DNA of 64,000 nucleotides from contig CAYWZZ010000002.1 of NCBI GenBank assembly GCA_964463005.1, forward strand, positions 27,939-91,938. Direction: 5' to 3'. Numbering within the stretch: position 1 is the stretch's first letter; each line of letters begins with the position of its first letter. A program made the translations under genes and the position numbers. The notes below the pieces were generated by a model. The model saw only the letters and a program-made list of their open reading frames with translations. It searched no databases and had not been told where the DNA came from. This stretch comes from an uncultured Candidatus Bathyarchaeia archaeon. Its GTDB lineage: Archaea > Thermoproteota > CALKCG01 > B24. This document shows positions 28,799 to 38,802 of this stretch, piece after piece.

Positions 28799-28812
28799 GA
28801 AAACGCCTCCTC

Positions 28813-29358
28813 TTAAACACCGATTCTAATCTTATCAAAATGTAGGAAGTCTTTAAAACCTCTTCTAGGTGGGCGACTGGGTGATTCTGCTGGGTAACCT
28901 ACGGGTATTATAGCTATGGGTCTTATGTAGTTTGGTGCCTCTATGACCTTTGAAACCATATCATCTCTAAAAGCTCCAACCCAACATGACCCCAAGCCTA
29001 AAGCCGCGGCTGCAAGCTCAAGATAAGTTGTAGCTATACTAGCATCATTTATCGAGTACAAGCTTTCACCTCTAGACCCATATCTAATGGCAGACCTACG
29101 CTTATTAGCACACACAACGAAGACAACAGGCGCTTCGGCGATAAACCATTGACCCCAAGCAGCTTCAGCCAAAGCCCTTTTACGGTTTTCATCCCTAACC
29201 ATGACTATCTCATATGCTTGTAAATTTCCGGCCGAAGGCGCTAAATCAACTGTTTCAAGAATCTTAAACAATTTTTCATCTTCAACAGGCTTAGATTGGA
29301 AGCTTCTAATAGACCTACGCCTTCTAACAGTTTCGAAAAAACTCAGCTCACTCATCAC
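28813..29358 (-). CDS. nitroreductase-family flavoprotein
   Basis: RRSIRSF N-terminal FMN-binding motif. About 180 aa. Confidence 0.75.
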   Translation of the reverse strand: MMSELSFFETVRRRRSIRSFQSKPVEDEKLFKILETVDLAPSAGNLQAYEIVMVRDENRKRALAEAAWGQWFIAEAPVVFVVCANKRRSAIRYGSRGESLYSINDASIATTYLELAAAALGLGSCWVGAFRDDMVSKVIEAPNYIRPIAIIPVGYPAESPSRPPRRGFKDFLHFDKIRIGV

Positions 29359-29512
29359 ATTATTTAAAGCGTTTATCGACTATAAGCTTTCCCACGTACA
29401 GTCGAACTTCACAGCGTAATCGTTTAAATAACAACCATAGCCTGTCTACGTTGAGTGGAGAGATGAATTAAATATTTAAGAATATTTGACGTTAAAGTAA
29501 TATCGAGGTTTT

Positions 29513-30292
29513 ATGGAAGCCATCATATTGGCTGCTGGTAAAGGAACACGTATGAAGCCGTATTCTAACGCTGTTAATAAGGAGATGTGCCTCATAGGAT
29601 ACTATCCCGTTATAGATTATGCCGTTAGAGGGTTAGCTTCAGCTGGTATTGTGAAGGTCTACGTGGTTTTAGGCGAGCATAAAAGTCAGATAATGGAGTA
29701 TTTGAGAGATGGCAGTTGGCTGGGCGTTAAGATAGCCTATCTATACCAAGATATGAGCCATGGCGCTGGAACAGCTAAGGCCGTTGAAGTAGCTGATGGT
29801 TGGGTTTCAGAGGACTTTATGGTTCTCTATGGAGATACATTCTTCCATCCGATGGACTTCTTTAAGAGTATGATCGAATTTCACGAGAAAACAAAGGCTC
29901 ACGTTACGGTGGGCGTGTATCCCATGAAATCCTACAGAGAGTATGGAATTGTCAAAGTGGATGACAGTGGGAGGATTTTAAATATTCTAGAAAAACCTTC
30001 TGAAGAAGAGGCTCGAGAGGCTATAGTAGACAACACGTATCTCGTAAACTCGGGGCCACTAATATTCAACTTAAAGGTATTTGAATACCTAAAGAAGACA
30101 CCTATATCCCCAGCCGGAGAATATTGGGTAACAGATACGATAAAGCTCATGATGAATGATGGGTTAAATGTTCTGGCATATAGGATACCGAAATCGGTAT
30201 TCTGGAGAGACATAGGAAGACCTGAAACGCGGATAGAAGCTGAAAAGTACGTACAAGAAATAGGGTTGGTAAAAATAAGTCTTCAACGATAA
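29513..30292 (+). CDS. sugar-1-phosphate nucleotidyltransferase
   Basis: N-terminal AIILAAGKGTRMKP motif. Confidence 0.75.
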   Translation: MEAIILAAGKGTRMKPYSNAVNKEMCLIGYYPVIDYAVRGLASAGIVKVYVVLGEHKSQIMEYLRDGSWLGVKIAYLYQDMSHGAGTAKAVEVADGWVSEDFMVLYGDTFFHPMDFFKSMIEFHEKTKAHVTVGVYPMKSYREYGIVKVDDSGRILNILEKPSEEEAREAIVDNTYLVNSGPLIFNLKVFEYLKKTPISPAGEYWVTDTIKLMMNDGLNVLAYRIPKSVFWRDIGRPETRIEAEKYVQEIGLVKISLQR

Positions 30293-30455
30293 CTTTTAAA
30301 ATCTAAGCAATTCTCCATATTTTAAAGAAAAAGAGAATTATCAGGTGAAAATTGAATTTACTTTAAACACGTCTTTGGAAATGTTTCACTGGTTAAATGG
30401 ATAGAAACTTTTTAAACTTGGAACGTTTTTATTTTTCAAGCTTGGAGGTTTTACT

Positions 30456-31304
30456 TTGGAGTATAGGGTTCTCGGTAGGACTGGTTTTAAGGCTTCCGTG
30501 ATAACGCTCGGTGGTTGTGGTGTTGGTTGGGTTGATCAGACGACTGCTGATAAGGCTGTTGAATACGTTTTAAGATGCGGTGTCAACATTATCGATGTGG
30601 CTCCCACTTACGGTGAGGCTGAGGCTAGGCTTAGATCTTGGGTTGGAAGGTTTAGAAGTAGACTGTTTTTAGCTGAGAAGACTCAGAAGAGGAATAGAGA
30701 TGGTGCTTGGAGTGAGCTTAAAGCGAGTATGGATAGGCTTGGTGTTAAGAATTTTGACCTTTATCAGATGCATGCGGTTTCAGATTTTGAAGACTTAAAC
30801 AGAGCATTAGGTGAAAACGGGGCTATAGAAGCCTTTAAGGAAGCTAGAGACGTTGGTCTTATAAAGTTTATAGGTGTAACTACACACGATGTGAGAGTTG
30901 CGCTTAAATCAATTGAGCTCTTCAACTTCGATACCATTATGATACCTGTAGGCTTATTCAGCCTAGTAAATCCTACGCCTCAAAGTGATTTTAGGCAAGT
31001 CCTCAAAGTCGCTAGAGATGAGGGTATAGGCGTCATAGCTATTAAGGCGATCGCTAGAAGACCTTGGAAAACTGAACGTAAATACGGGACGTGGTACGAG
31101 CCTTTAGAAGAGCAAGAGATGATAGACTTAGCTGTTTGGTTTACGTTATCGCAAGAGGGTGTTGTAACGTACTCACTACCATGCGATATTAGACTTTGGC
31201 CTAAGGTTTTAAACGCTGTTGAAAGGTTTAGAATACTTTCTGCTGAGGAGCAAGAGAAGGCTCTAGAGAAAGCACGGCTTGAAATGTTTGAGTATATATA
31301 CTGA
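30456..31304 (+). CDS. aldo/keto reductase
   Basis: MEYRVLGRTG...ITLGGCG N-terminus typical of AKR. TTG start with GGAGG upstream. Confidence 0.75.
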   Translation: MEYRVLGRTGFKASVITLGGCGVGWVDQTTADKAVEYVLRCGVNIIDVAPTYGEAEARLRSWVGRFRSRLFLAEKTQKRNRDGAWSELKASMDRLGVKNFDLYQMHAVSDFEDLNRALGENGAIEAFKEARDVGLIKFIGVTTHDVRVALKSIELFNFDTIMIPVGLFSLVNPTPQSDFRQVLKVARDEGIGVIAIKAIARRPWKTERKYGTWYEPLEEQEMIDLAVWFTLSQEGVVTYSLPCDIRLWPKVLNAVERFRILSAEEQEKALEKARLEMFEYIY

Positions 31305-31316
31305 AAACGTTGGAGA

Positions 31317-32330
31317 CTATGTTCGTCTATGCATCACTAAAAGCGATTTCTGACTGCTGGATTGAGCTAATGTACATAATGGATCTGGACTACGGAATGA
31401 ATTTGTAATGGCGTATACCCTAGCTTTACATCCCCCTCTGCATACCACGTTATACTTGCAATTTCTACACGCCTCAGGTATTGTTGAGAGCACATTCTTA
31501 ACTAATGGGCTCGCCAAATACTCCTTCCAAGCTTTAGAGATGCCAATCTTGACGTCTGTAACCTTTATCCTTAGAGAGTCGCAGAGCGGTATTGATCCGT
31601 CTGGGAGGATATCCCAAGCCCTATAGATCGGGCAATCGTTGACGTGGAAGTACTTCGTAGATTCTACTGAATGAAGGAATGGAGCGCACCAAATTGTCGC
31701 CTCAAAACCTAAGGAGTTTGCAGTATCTCTTAGGACTGTAACGCTGTTGAGAAGCTCTGAAGGATTGATGCTTAGTTGATGATTGTATTTAGCTCTTCCA
31801 ATAGGTATTACGGGTATGAAAGCCGCGTATGAAGCCTCGAGGTCTCTTGAAAGTCTAAGTATGTCCGTCAATGCGTGCAGATTTATTCCCGTGATTGTTG
31901 TAACGGTCGCAAACTTCAATCCGAATTCTCTAACCAATTTAAGACCATTCATTAGAGAATTCCAGCTTCCTAAACCCCTCAGTTTTTCATGAAGCTCTCT
32001 AGATGGCCCATCTAAACTCGTAAATATTGAGACTTCAAAGTCAGTGAAGAACTTAGCATAATCGCTATCCAGCAGTGAAAGGTTTGATTGAACGGATACC
32101 TCTATACTATGACTTTTAAGCAACTTTATTACACTACGTAATGGCTTCCAAAGTAGTGGTTCTCCACCAGTTATATCCACTGGCGTTGAAAAATTCGCTA
32201 AGTCTTCTGCAATCTTTAGAGCATATCCTTCAGTTAGTTCTCCAGCTACATCAGAAGTGTAACAGTGACTACACTTTAAATTACAACGGGAAGTCACAAG
32301 CCATATCGTAAAGTCGGGTTTGATGGGCAT
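31317..32330 (-). CDS. radical SAM / SPASM-domain protein (orphan maturase-like)
   Basis: CNLKCSHC cluster motif. Cys-rich C-terminal SPASM-like region (CRNCKYNVVCRGGC). Start placed at the internal ATG 32330, which has GAGGTGGG upstream. Confidence 0.65.
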   Translation of the reverse strand: MPIKPDFTIWLVTSRCNLKCSHCYTSDVAGELTEGYALKIAEDLANFSTPVDITGGEPLLWKPLRSVIKLLKSHSIEVSVQSNLSLLDSDYAKFFTDFEVSIFTSLDGPSRELHEKLRGLGSWNSLMNGLKLVREFGLKFATVTTITGINLHALTDILRLSRDLEASYAAFIPVIPIGRAKYNHQLSINPSELLNSVTVLRDTANSLGFEATIWCAPFLHSVESTKYFHVNDCPIYRAWDILPDGSIPLCDSLRIKVTDVKIGISKAWKEYLASPLVKNVLSTIPEACRNCKYNVVCRGGCKARVYAITNSFRSPDPLCTLAQSSSQKSLLVMHRRT

Positions 32331-32480
32331 TTTAGCCCACCTCACAAAACTAAAATGATACGTGAAGCTTTTAGAATTCGGCAAAAAAGAGAAAAATTTA
32401 AAACTCAGTAAAAAACTTTACCTAGAAACTCTTCGGGAGCTTTAAAAGTATGAGTGTGTCTCAGACGGACGCTGAGGTGT

Positions 32481-34280
32481 TCACTCTTCTTTAGAGGGAA
32501 TATAGTAGTATTCTCCTATAGACTTTTGATACCTATCAAGCCTAGACCCGTACTTGTTGACTCTAGGTCTACCTGTATCTGGGTCTCTTCTAAAAGTCAC
32601 TTCTAGCTGAGATAGAAAACTGTTCATTCCATCTCTTAGAGACATAGGTGTGGATGCGAACCCCTCTACGCCAGGCTTACCTGTGAATACTATAAGCTTG
32701 TCAGCTACGAAGTCTGCTACAGATAGATCGTGTTCTACTATGAACGCTGCTTTCCTAAGGTTCTCCACGATCCTTCTTACAACTTTAGTCATCGTAAACC
32801 GTTCCTCGACGTCCAGATAAGCGCTAGGCTCATCTAGAAGATATAGATCCGCATCTCTAGAGAGACATAGGGCTACTGCGACTTTTTGAAGTTCACCACC
32901 ACTTAAATTTGATAAATCTCTTTCAAATAGCTTGTAAATCCCCATGGGTTGGAGAAGCTCCTCGTCTAGAAAGCTCGATCCAAACCTATCCCCTAAAACT
33001 TTTCTAAAGAGTTGTTCAACAGTACCACTGTAGTTTTCAGCCGATAGATATTGAGGTTTATAGCTTATCTTCAGATGTTCTGGCTGTGAACTACCCTTAT
33101 CCGGTTTAAGTATGCCCGCTAGTATTTTGATAAACGTCGTCTTACCTATACCGTTTGGACCGAGTATTCCCACAACTTCTCCAAAGTGAACTTCACCAGG
33201 TTCAACTTTTAAAGTAAATTCTTCAAGGTTTTTAATCAAACTACTCCATTTGACCATTATGGGTGCATCTGAAACATATCCATCTATTGGAGGCTTAACG
33301 TGGAATTTTATCTCACTCCCTCTAAACCGTATATTTTCATCTGGAATATAACCCTTGAGAAATATATTTATTCCATCTCTGACGGAATGGGGATGAGAAA
33401 CCACGCCGTAAACGCCAGGCTCACCATATATGACGCAAACTTGATCTGAAAGATAGTCTAAAACCGCTAAATCGTGTTCACTCACTATCACCGTCTTACC
33501 GGATTCGCACAGCCTTCTTATGAGCCTAGCTACGGAAAGTCTCTGCTTCACATCAAGGTAACTTGAAGGCTCGTCAAATATGTATACATCTACGTCCTTA
33601 AGACAACAAGCGGCTATAGCTACCCTCTGAAGTTCACCACCGCTTAAAACGGACAACTCCCTATCTAAGACTTCATTAAGCTCGAGTTCGTCGCATATAG
33701 ACTTCATACGTCCTCCCTCATCCACTCTGGATAGAAGGTCTCCCACAATACCTTTATGAGCCATAGGTATTTTATCGACGTACTGAGGCTTATACGCAAC
33801 TTTGAGGGAGCCCGACTTTAAACCTTTAAAGTATTCTTGAAGTGGAGAACCTCCATAATAGCTTATTATTTCATCCCAGTCAGGCGGGTCATTAAACCTA
33901 CCTAAGTTAGGTTTTATAACACCAGCTAATATCATCAGGGAGGTGGATTTGCCTACACCATTTTTACCTACGAGCCCTGTAACTCTACCGGTTAGTGGTG
34001 TTGGAAGCCTATAAAGCTTAAAAGCATTCACACCAAACCTATGTGAACAATCTTCTTCTAATTCCTCGGGAAGATTTACTATGGATAATGCTTTGAAAGG
34101 ACACTTCCTAACGCATAAACCGCATCCTACACACAGCTTCTCATTCACAATAGGATAGCCGCTTTCAGATATTTTAATAGCGTCCAATTCATTCCGTACA
34201 GGGGGGCAGAATCTCATACAGACTAAACCACAATCCTTAGGTTTACATTTATCTCTATCTAGGACTGCTACTCTAACCAT
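32481..34280 (-). CDS. abcE1: ABCE1 (RNase L inhibitor / ribosome recycling factor)
   Basis: N-terminal di-cluster Fe-S domain plus twin ABC cassettes. Confidence 0.9.
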   Translation of the reverse strand: MVRVAVLDRDKCKPKDCGLVCMRFCPPVRNELDAIKISESGYPIVNEKLCVGCGLCVRKCPFKALSIVNLPEELEEDCSHRFGVNAFKLYRLPTPLTGRVTGLVGKNGVGKSTSLMILAGVIKPNLGRFNDPPDWDEIISYYGGSPLQEYFKGLKSGSLKVAYKPQYVDKIPMAHKGIVGDLLSRVDEGGRMKSICDELELNEVLDRELSVLSGGELQRVAIAACCLKDVDVYIFDEPSSYLDVKQRLSVARLIRRLCESGKTVIVSEHDLAVLDYLSDQVCVIYGEPGVYGVVSHPHSVRDGINIFLKGYIPDENIRFRGSEIKFHVKPPIDGYVSDAPIMVKWSSLIKNLEEFTLKVEPGEVHFGEVVGILGPNGIGKTTFIKILAGILKPDKGSSQPEHLKISYKPQYLSAENYSGTVEQLFRKVLGDRFGSSFLDEELLQPMGIYKLFERDLSNLSGGELQKVAVALCLSRDADLYLLDEPSAYLDVEERFTMTKVVRRIVENLRKAAFIVEHDLSVADFVADKLIVFTGKPGVEGFASTPMSLRDGMNSFLSQLEVTFRRDPDTGRPRVNKYGSRLDRYQKSIGEYYYIPSKEE

Positions 34281-34379
34281 TAAATCACCTTGAGGGCCCG
34301 TAGGTAGTCTATTTTAAAGTTGAGAATTAAGCCTTTCATAAAATCTTGATAAAAATAGGGGAGCGTTAAATTTGAGGAG

Positions 34380-34559
34380 CTACCATTCCTCTTCCTCTTC
34401 TTCCCACTCTTCCTCTGGTTCTTCTTCCTCCCACTCCCACTCTTCCTCTTCCTCCCACTCCTCTTCTGGCTCCTCTTCCTCTTCTCCCCATTCCTCCTCT
34501 TCCGGTTCTTCCTCCGACTCCTCTTCTTCCCACTTCAAACGTTTCTTGGTCAAGAACAT
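34380..34559 (-). CDS. 59-aa Glu/Trp-rich acidic mini-protein (MFLTKKRLKW + (E3-6 W/P/S/G) repeats)
   Basis: ATG with GAAGGAG 6 nt upstream. The GAR codon periodicity favours the Glu frame. Same strand as, and 100 bp upstream of, ABCE1. Confidence 0.4.
   Translation of the reverse strand: MFLTKKRLKWEEEESEEEPEEEEWGEEEEEPEEEWEEEEEWEWEEEEPEEEWEEEEEEW
34383..34550. repeat. imperfect GAR/CTY triplet-repeat tract (low complexity)
   Basis: ctcttcctcttcttcccactc... repeated. It translates as E/W-rich on the minus strand, S/H-rich on the plus strand, and R/G-rich in the third frame. Confidence 0.8.
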
Positions 34560-34697
34560 TCACACTCCTTCTTTCTTCAAGAAGCTTGGAATGTGATAAA
34601 GACTTATTTAAACTTAATTGTTTAGGAAGACCTTAAACTGCATAAATTCCACTAGAAAGTTTATGAAAAATGTGAAAAGTGTATGGGTAGTTTTAAG

Positions 34698-35426
34698 CTA
34701 GAGTTCTATCTTAAGATCTTCGGAAGTTAAAGCGACAGACTGCCTCTTTTCAGTACGCTCAATCATGCCATCTCTAATCCAAGCAATACGGTCTGAAACG
34801 TCTATCATTTTTAAGTCGTGGGTAGCACATATGACCGTAGTATTCCTCTCAACTTTAAGCCTATATAGTAGGTTGACGATTGCAAAACCTGTGTTTAAAT
34901 CCAGGTTTCCAGTAGGTTCATCGGCCAGAACGATTGAAGGATCGTTCGCCAATGCTCTAGCAATTGCGACTCTCTGTTGCTGCCCACCCGATAGTTCAGT
35001 AGGTCTATGGTAGAGCCTATCTCCAAGACCAACAGTCTTCAAAAGTTCTTCAGCCTTCTTAACCCTCTCATCTCTCCTCTTACCAGTGAAAACCATAGGT
35101 AGGGCTACGTTATCCAACGCCGTTAGCACGGGTATCAGGTTGAACGTCTGAAAGATGTAGCCGATCTTATGAGCTCTAAGCCAAGCCTTCTCCTTCCTAC
35201 TCATCTTAGCTATTTCTATTCCATCGATTAATACGGATCCTCCTGAAGGGTCATCGAGCCCACCTATCATGTTGAAAAGTGTAGTTTTTCCACTTCCAGA
35301 TGGACCCATTACTGACAGATATTCACCTCTCTCAACCGTTAGATCTATTCCTCTTAGAGCGTGAATAACTTCACCTCTAAGAATATACTGCTTTTTAAGC
35401 CCCTTAGTTTCGACGACTATCGACAT
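34698..35426 (-). CDS. ABC transporter ATP-binding protein (LolD/MacB-like), no adjacent permease
   Basis: Walker A GPSGSGKTT, LSGGQQQRVAIARAL signature, Walker B. Confidence 0.8.
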   Translation of the reverse strand: MSIVVETKGLKKQYILRGEVIHALRGIDLTVERGEYLSVMGPSGSGKTTLFNMIGGLDDPSGGSVLIDGIEIAKMSRKEKAWLRAHKIGYIFQTFNLIPVLTALDNVALPMVFTGKRRDERVKKAEELLKTVGLGDRLYHRPTELSGGQQQRVAIARALANDPSIVLADEPTGNLDLNTGFAIVNLLYRLKVERNTTVICATHDLKMIDVSDRIAWIRDGMIERTEKRQSVALTSEDLKIEL

Positions 35427-35512
35427 GAACTACCACAAATTAAGAAGATTGATTATTAACTTAAATTTTTCTATTACTACTTTATATAGAAATCTAGGAG
35501 GAAGACTGAATA

Positions 35513-36049
35513 ATGAACGGCTTTCTCAGAATCCTTACGGAGGACTTAAGACCGCTTCTCAAAAAGCCCGTCGGCATCTTAATCCGAGGAGGAGTCGATG
35601 AAACCGTGCATGAGCTTATAAAATTCATTAAATCAAAGGGAGGGGTTAAGCTTATAGTCGTTGGAGACGTTGTTTCAAAAACCATTACAACAATGGGTTT
35701 AAAAGCAGACTTGTATATAACGGATTCAAGAAGCTTAAGGATGCCGGTGGAAGAGCCTAAACTAACAAGCATTACTGAGGTGGTGTATAGAGTTCGTAAT
35801 CCACCCGGACATATTTCGTCTGAAGCTGAAGAGGCTGTTAAAATTGCTTTATCCAGCGGATGCCTGTCTTGGATAAAAGTCGAAGGAGAAGAGGATCTAT
35901 TAACCCTGGTAGCTATAGCAGAGGCTCCTTTAAACTCTATAGTACTATACGGTCAACCGAATGAAGGAGTAGTCGTAGTTCAAGTTGATGAAAAGATTAA
36001 ACAGTGGATTAAAAGCATCATAGATAGAATGCCTATCATTCAAACTTAA
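35513..36049 (+). CDS. GTP-dependent dephospho-CoA kinase (DUF359 family)
   Basis: About 178 aa. VVGDVVS and EGEEDL motifs typical of archaeal DPCK. Confidence 0.6.
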   Translation: MNGFLRILTEDLRPLLKKPVGILIRGGVDETVHELIKFIKSKGGVKLIVVGDVVSKTITTMGLKADLYITDSRSLRMPVEEPKLTSITEVVYRVRNPPGHISSEAEEAVKIALSSGCLSWIKVEGEEDLLTLVAIAEAPLNSIVLYGQPNEGVVVVQVDEKIKQWIKSIIDRMPIIQT

Positions 36050-36181
36050 ACTTCTTCCAATCCACCGCTTTACTTGAACGTTTTTCCAAGCGATATGACC
36101 ATAAGCTTTAGATCTGAAATATACGGTTGCGAATCAATAAAACATATGTAAGGCTATTCTGATAAGAAAGTTGGGGGGATT

Positions 36182-37627
36182 GTGGATAATTTTTCACCTG
36201 AATCTTCTAGAGATACGTATCCTCAGAAACTAATGGACGCTGCTAAAGAAGCAGCTAGATTCATAGAGGAAAAGTCTTCAGAAGGAGTCTCCGTTATTCT
36301 ATGCCACATAGATTGTGATGGATTAGCCTCTGGCGCCATAATGGGCAAGGCTTTAATGAGGATGGGGGTAACTTTTCAGATTAGAGCTATTAAACAGTTT
36401 GAAGAAGCCACATTAAGGGAGTGTCTGGCAAATGCCAGTGTAGTAGTTTTAACGGACATGGGATCTGGAAATTTAGATGTGATTTCAAATATAGATGGAA
36501 GTGAACGCGTAGTCATACTCGACCACCACCAGCCTACGTCAGAGTATGTTGAAAAGTTTAAAGGAGTTCACGTTAACCCGCACTTCTTCGGATTAAATGG
36601 TGCTAGCGATGTAAGCAGTTCAGGAGTAGCCTACATAACGGCTAAATCATTGAATCCGTTAAACGTAGACCTATCTCCCTTAGCAGTTGCAGGAGCTATT
36701 GGAGATATGCAGAATAAAAACGAAGAGAGAAGACTCCTAGGAGTTAACGAGGCGATAGTTGATGATGCTGTTAAGTCTGGGTTGTTGAAAATTGAAAGAG
36801 GGCTTATGCTATCTGGTAGAGAGACAAAACGTCTACATGAAGCGTTAGCATCAACGTTAACACCCTTTATACCAGGTATATCTGGAGAAGAGGATAAAGC
36901 CTTAGCCTTTTTAACGAGCATAGGTATACCAGTTAAGACTGGACATTTCTGGAGAACCCCTGCAGATTTAACTAAGGATGAAGAGGCGAAGTTACTGGAC
37001 AATTTAACTGCCTATATGGCTTCTAAAGGTATTGCTCAAGAAGAAATCATGCAACTCGTTGGAGACAACTACATACTCATCAATGAGCAAAGATTTACAC
37101 CATTACGTGAGTGTAGGGAATATTCTGCACTTTTAAATGCATGCGGTAGGTTAGGTAAACATGGGCTTGGAATAGCAATCGCAATGGGTGATAGAAGTAG
37201 GAGCTCATTGGACGAAGCGTATGCTACACTTGACGCGTATAGGAAAAACTTAGCCATGCTCATAGAGGGTGTTATTCAAAATCCATCTAGGCTTATAAAT
37301 GCTGATGAGTTAGTCATAATCAACGGTTCAGGTTTGATTCCTGAAGCTCTCTTAAGTACAGTAGCAAGTATACTTTCATCCAACTACATGAAGCCTTTAA
37401 TAGCTTTCACAGATACACCCGATGGAATGGTTAAAGTATCTGCAAGGGCGCCTAAAACTCTTACAAACGCTGGCGTTAACATGGCCCATATAATAGCTGA
37501 AGCAGCCAAATCTGTTGGTGGAACGGGAGGGGGGCACGACGTGGCCGCTGGAGCATTAATACCGATTGAAAGGAGAAGCGATTTCTTAAAACTTATTGCT
37601 AATCTTTTGGGAAAGCGACAGACGTAA
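36182..37627 (+). CDS. DHH/DHHA1 phosphoesterase, archaeal RecJ-like nuclease
   Basis: DHH motifs (ILCHIDCDG, LDHHQP) and a DHHA1-like C-terminus (GGGHDVAAG). Confidence 0.7.
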   Translation: MDNFSPESSRDTYPQKLMDAAKEAARFIEEKSSEGVSVILCHIDCDGLASGAIMGKALMRMGVTFQIRAIKQFEEATLRECLANASVVVLTDMGSGNLDVISNIDGSERVVILDHHQPTSEYVEKFKGVHVNPHFFGLNGASDVSSSGVAYITAKSLNPLNVDLSPLAVAGAIGDMQNKNEERRLLGVNEAIVDDAVKSGLLKIERGLMLSGRETKRLHEALASTLTPFIPGISGEEDKALAFLTSIGIPVKTGHFWRTPADLTKDEEAKLLDNLTAYMASKGIAQEEIMQLVGDNYILINEQRFTPLRECREYSALLNACGRLGKHGLGIAIAMGDRSRSSLDEAYATLDAYRKNLAMLIEGVIQNPSRLINADELVIINGSGLIPEALLSTVASILSSNYMKPLIAFTDTPDGMVKVSARAPKTLTNAGVNMAHIIAEAAKSVGGTGGGHDVAAGALIPIERRSDFLKLIANLLGKRQT

Positions 37628-37750
37628 GCCATTGCCCTGAAAGGGCTATGCAATTTTCCGCTCACAATGTTGAGATGAATCATTAAAGGCTTCTAAAAAC
37701 GGTGTTCCACCAGTACCAGTTAAACCTTTTATGAAGGAGTCTCTACTTTA

Positions 37751-38020
37751 ATGTTTAGGTATCCCATATTGGATGAAGTTGAACTAAAAATCCACTTAGA
37801 AGATCATTTTAAAGCAACGGTTTTCCTGAAGGCTTTAGAGCCAGATAATAAAGTTTTACCCGTAGGGCTCAAGATTAGAAGTGAGTTATCAAATTCAACG
37901 ATAATCATAAGGATTGAATCTAACGTTAAAATAGAAACTCTTCTCAACACGCTAGACGACTTATTAACATGTTTTTCGACTGCGGAAAAATGTCTCAGAG
38001 CTATTGAAGCTAAGGGTTAG
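37751..38020 (+). CDS. small protein, possibly KEOPS subunit Pcc1-like
   Basis: 89 aa. The pattern resembles Pcc1, but I could not verify the similarity. Confidence 0.3.
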   Translation: MFRYPILDEVELKIHLEDHFKATVFLKALEPDNKVLPVGLKIRSELSNSTIIIRIESNVKIETLLNTLDDLLTCFSTAEKCLRAIEAKG

Positions 38021-38184
38021 AATGATTAACATCTTCATCAACTCAGACGGCGATTTACCAGACTTCATAAATCCGCCGTGAGGCATTCTATCCCACGGTT
38101 ATTCTGTAGACCGTCATCGGTAAATGAATAGGTATCTGAGGGAAACGTTTAATTAAGAGATATTTCTTTGGAAAGCTGAAAACT

Positions 38185-38799
38185 ATGTCAAAGATGCGGC
38201 GAGCTAAAGATAAGTGGAAAACCAAAATATGGTATAGAGTCTATTCACCCAAATACTTTGGCGAAGTTGAACTACCACCCATACCGGTTACAGAGGGACA
38301 AAGCCCAGTGGGTAGGACTGTAGAGGCGACACTCTTTGATTTAACTCAAGATCCGGCTCATCAAACAATTATAATGCGCTTTAAAGTGCATGAAACTAAA
38401 GAACTTAAAGCTGATACATTCTTCAGTGGACATGAATACGCTAGAGATTTTTTAAGAAGCCTCGTACGTAGAGGTAGTTCTAAGGTGGACGCTATAATAG
38501 ACGTTAAAACCAAAGATGGGGCACTTTTAAGAGTCTACCCGATAGCTTGCACCGCCCATAGAATAAACTCCTCTCAGAAGAAAACCATAAGAATGCTTAT
38601 GTTTAAAATAATTGAGGAAAAGGCCAAGAATTTGAATTTCGATCAGTTTGTTCAGGAAATGATTTTAGGTAAAATAGCTTCAGACATATATAATGAGGCT
38701 AAACGTATAACTCCATTGAGGCACGTAGGGTTTAAGAAGTCTAAAGTCTTATCCATAGAGGGAGTATTGAAAACAAAAACTCCCGAGGCAGCTAGTTAA
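38185..38799 (+). CDS. rps3ae: 30S ribosomal protein S3Ae (eS1)
   Basis: N-terminal KDKWKTKIWYRVYSP and overall conservation. Confidence 0.85.
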   Translation: MSKMRRAKDKWKTKIWYRVYSPKYFGEVELPPIPVTEGQSPVGRTVEATLFDLTQDPAHQTIIMRFKVHETKELKADTFFSGHEYARDFLRSLVRRGSSKVDAIIDVKTKDGALLRVYPIACTAHRINSSQKKTIRMLMFKIIEEKAKNLNFDQFVQEMILGKIASDIYNEAKRITPLRHVGFKKSKVLSIEGVLKTKTPEAAS

Positions 38800-38802
38800 C
38801 AA

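Noticed and set aside
34366-34596. R/G-rich (minus) and S/H-rich (plus) ORFs across the triplet-repeat tract
   Set aside because: These are alternative frames of the same GAR repeat. They lack an SD and give implausible polypeptides. The Glu/Trp frame is the better candidate.
35494-35772. 92-aa minus-strand ORF
   Set aside because: It overlaps the DPCK gene on the opposite strand. There is no motif support.
37628-37660. GCCC-TGAAA-GGGC hairpin after the recJ-like stop, as a possible terminator
   Set aside because: The stem is only 4 bp and is not followed by a T tract, so it is too weak to call.
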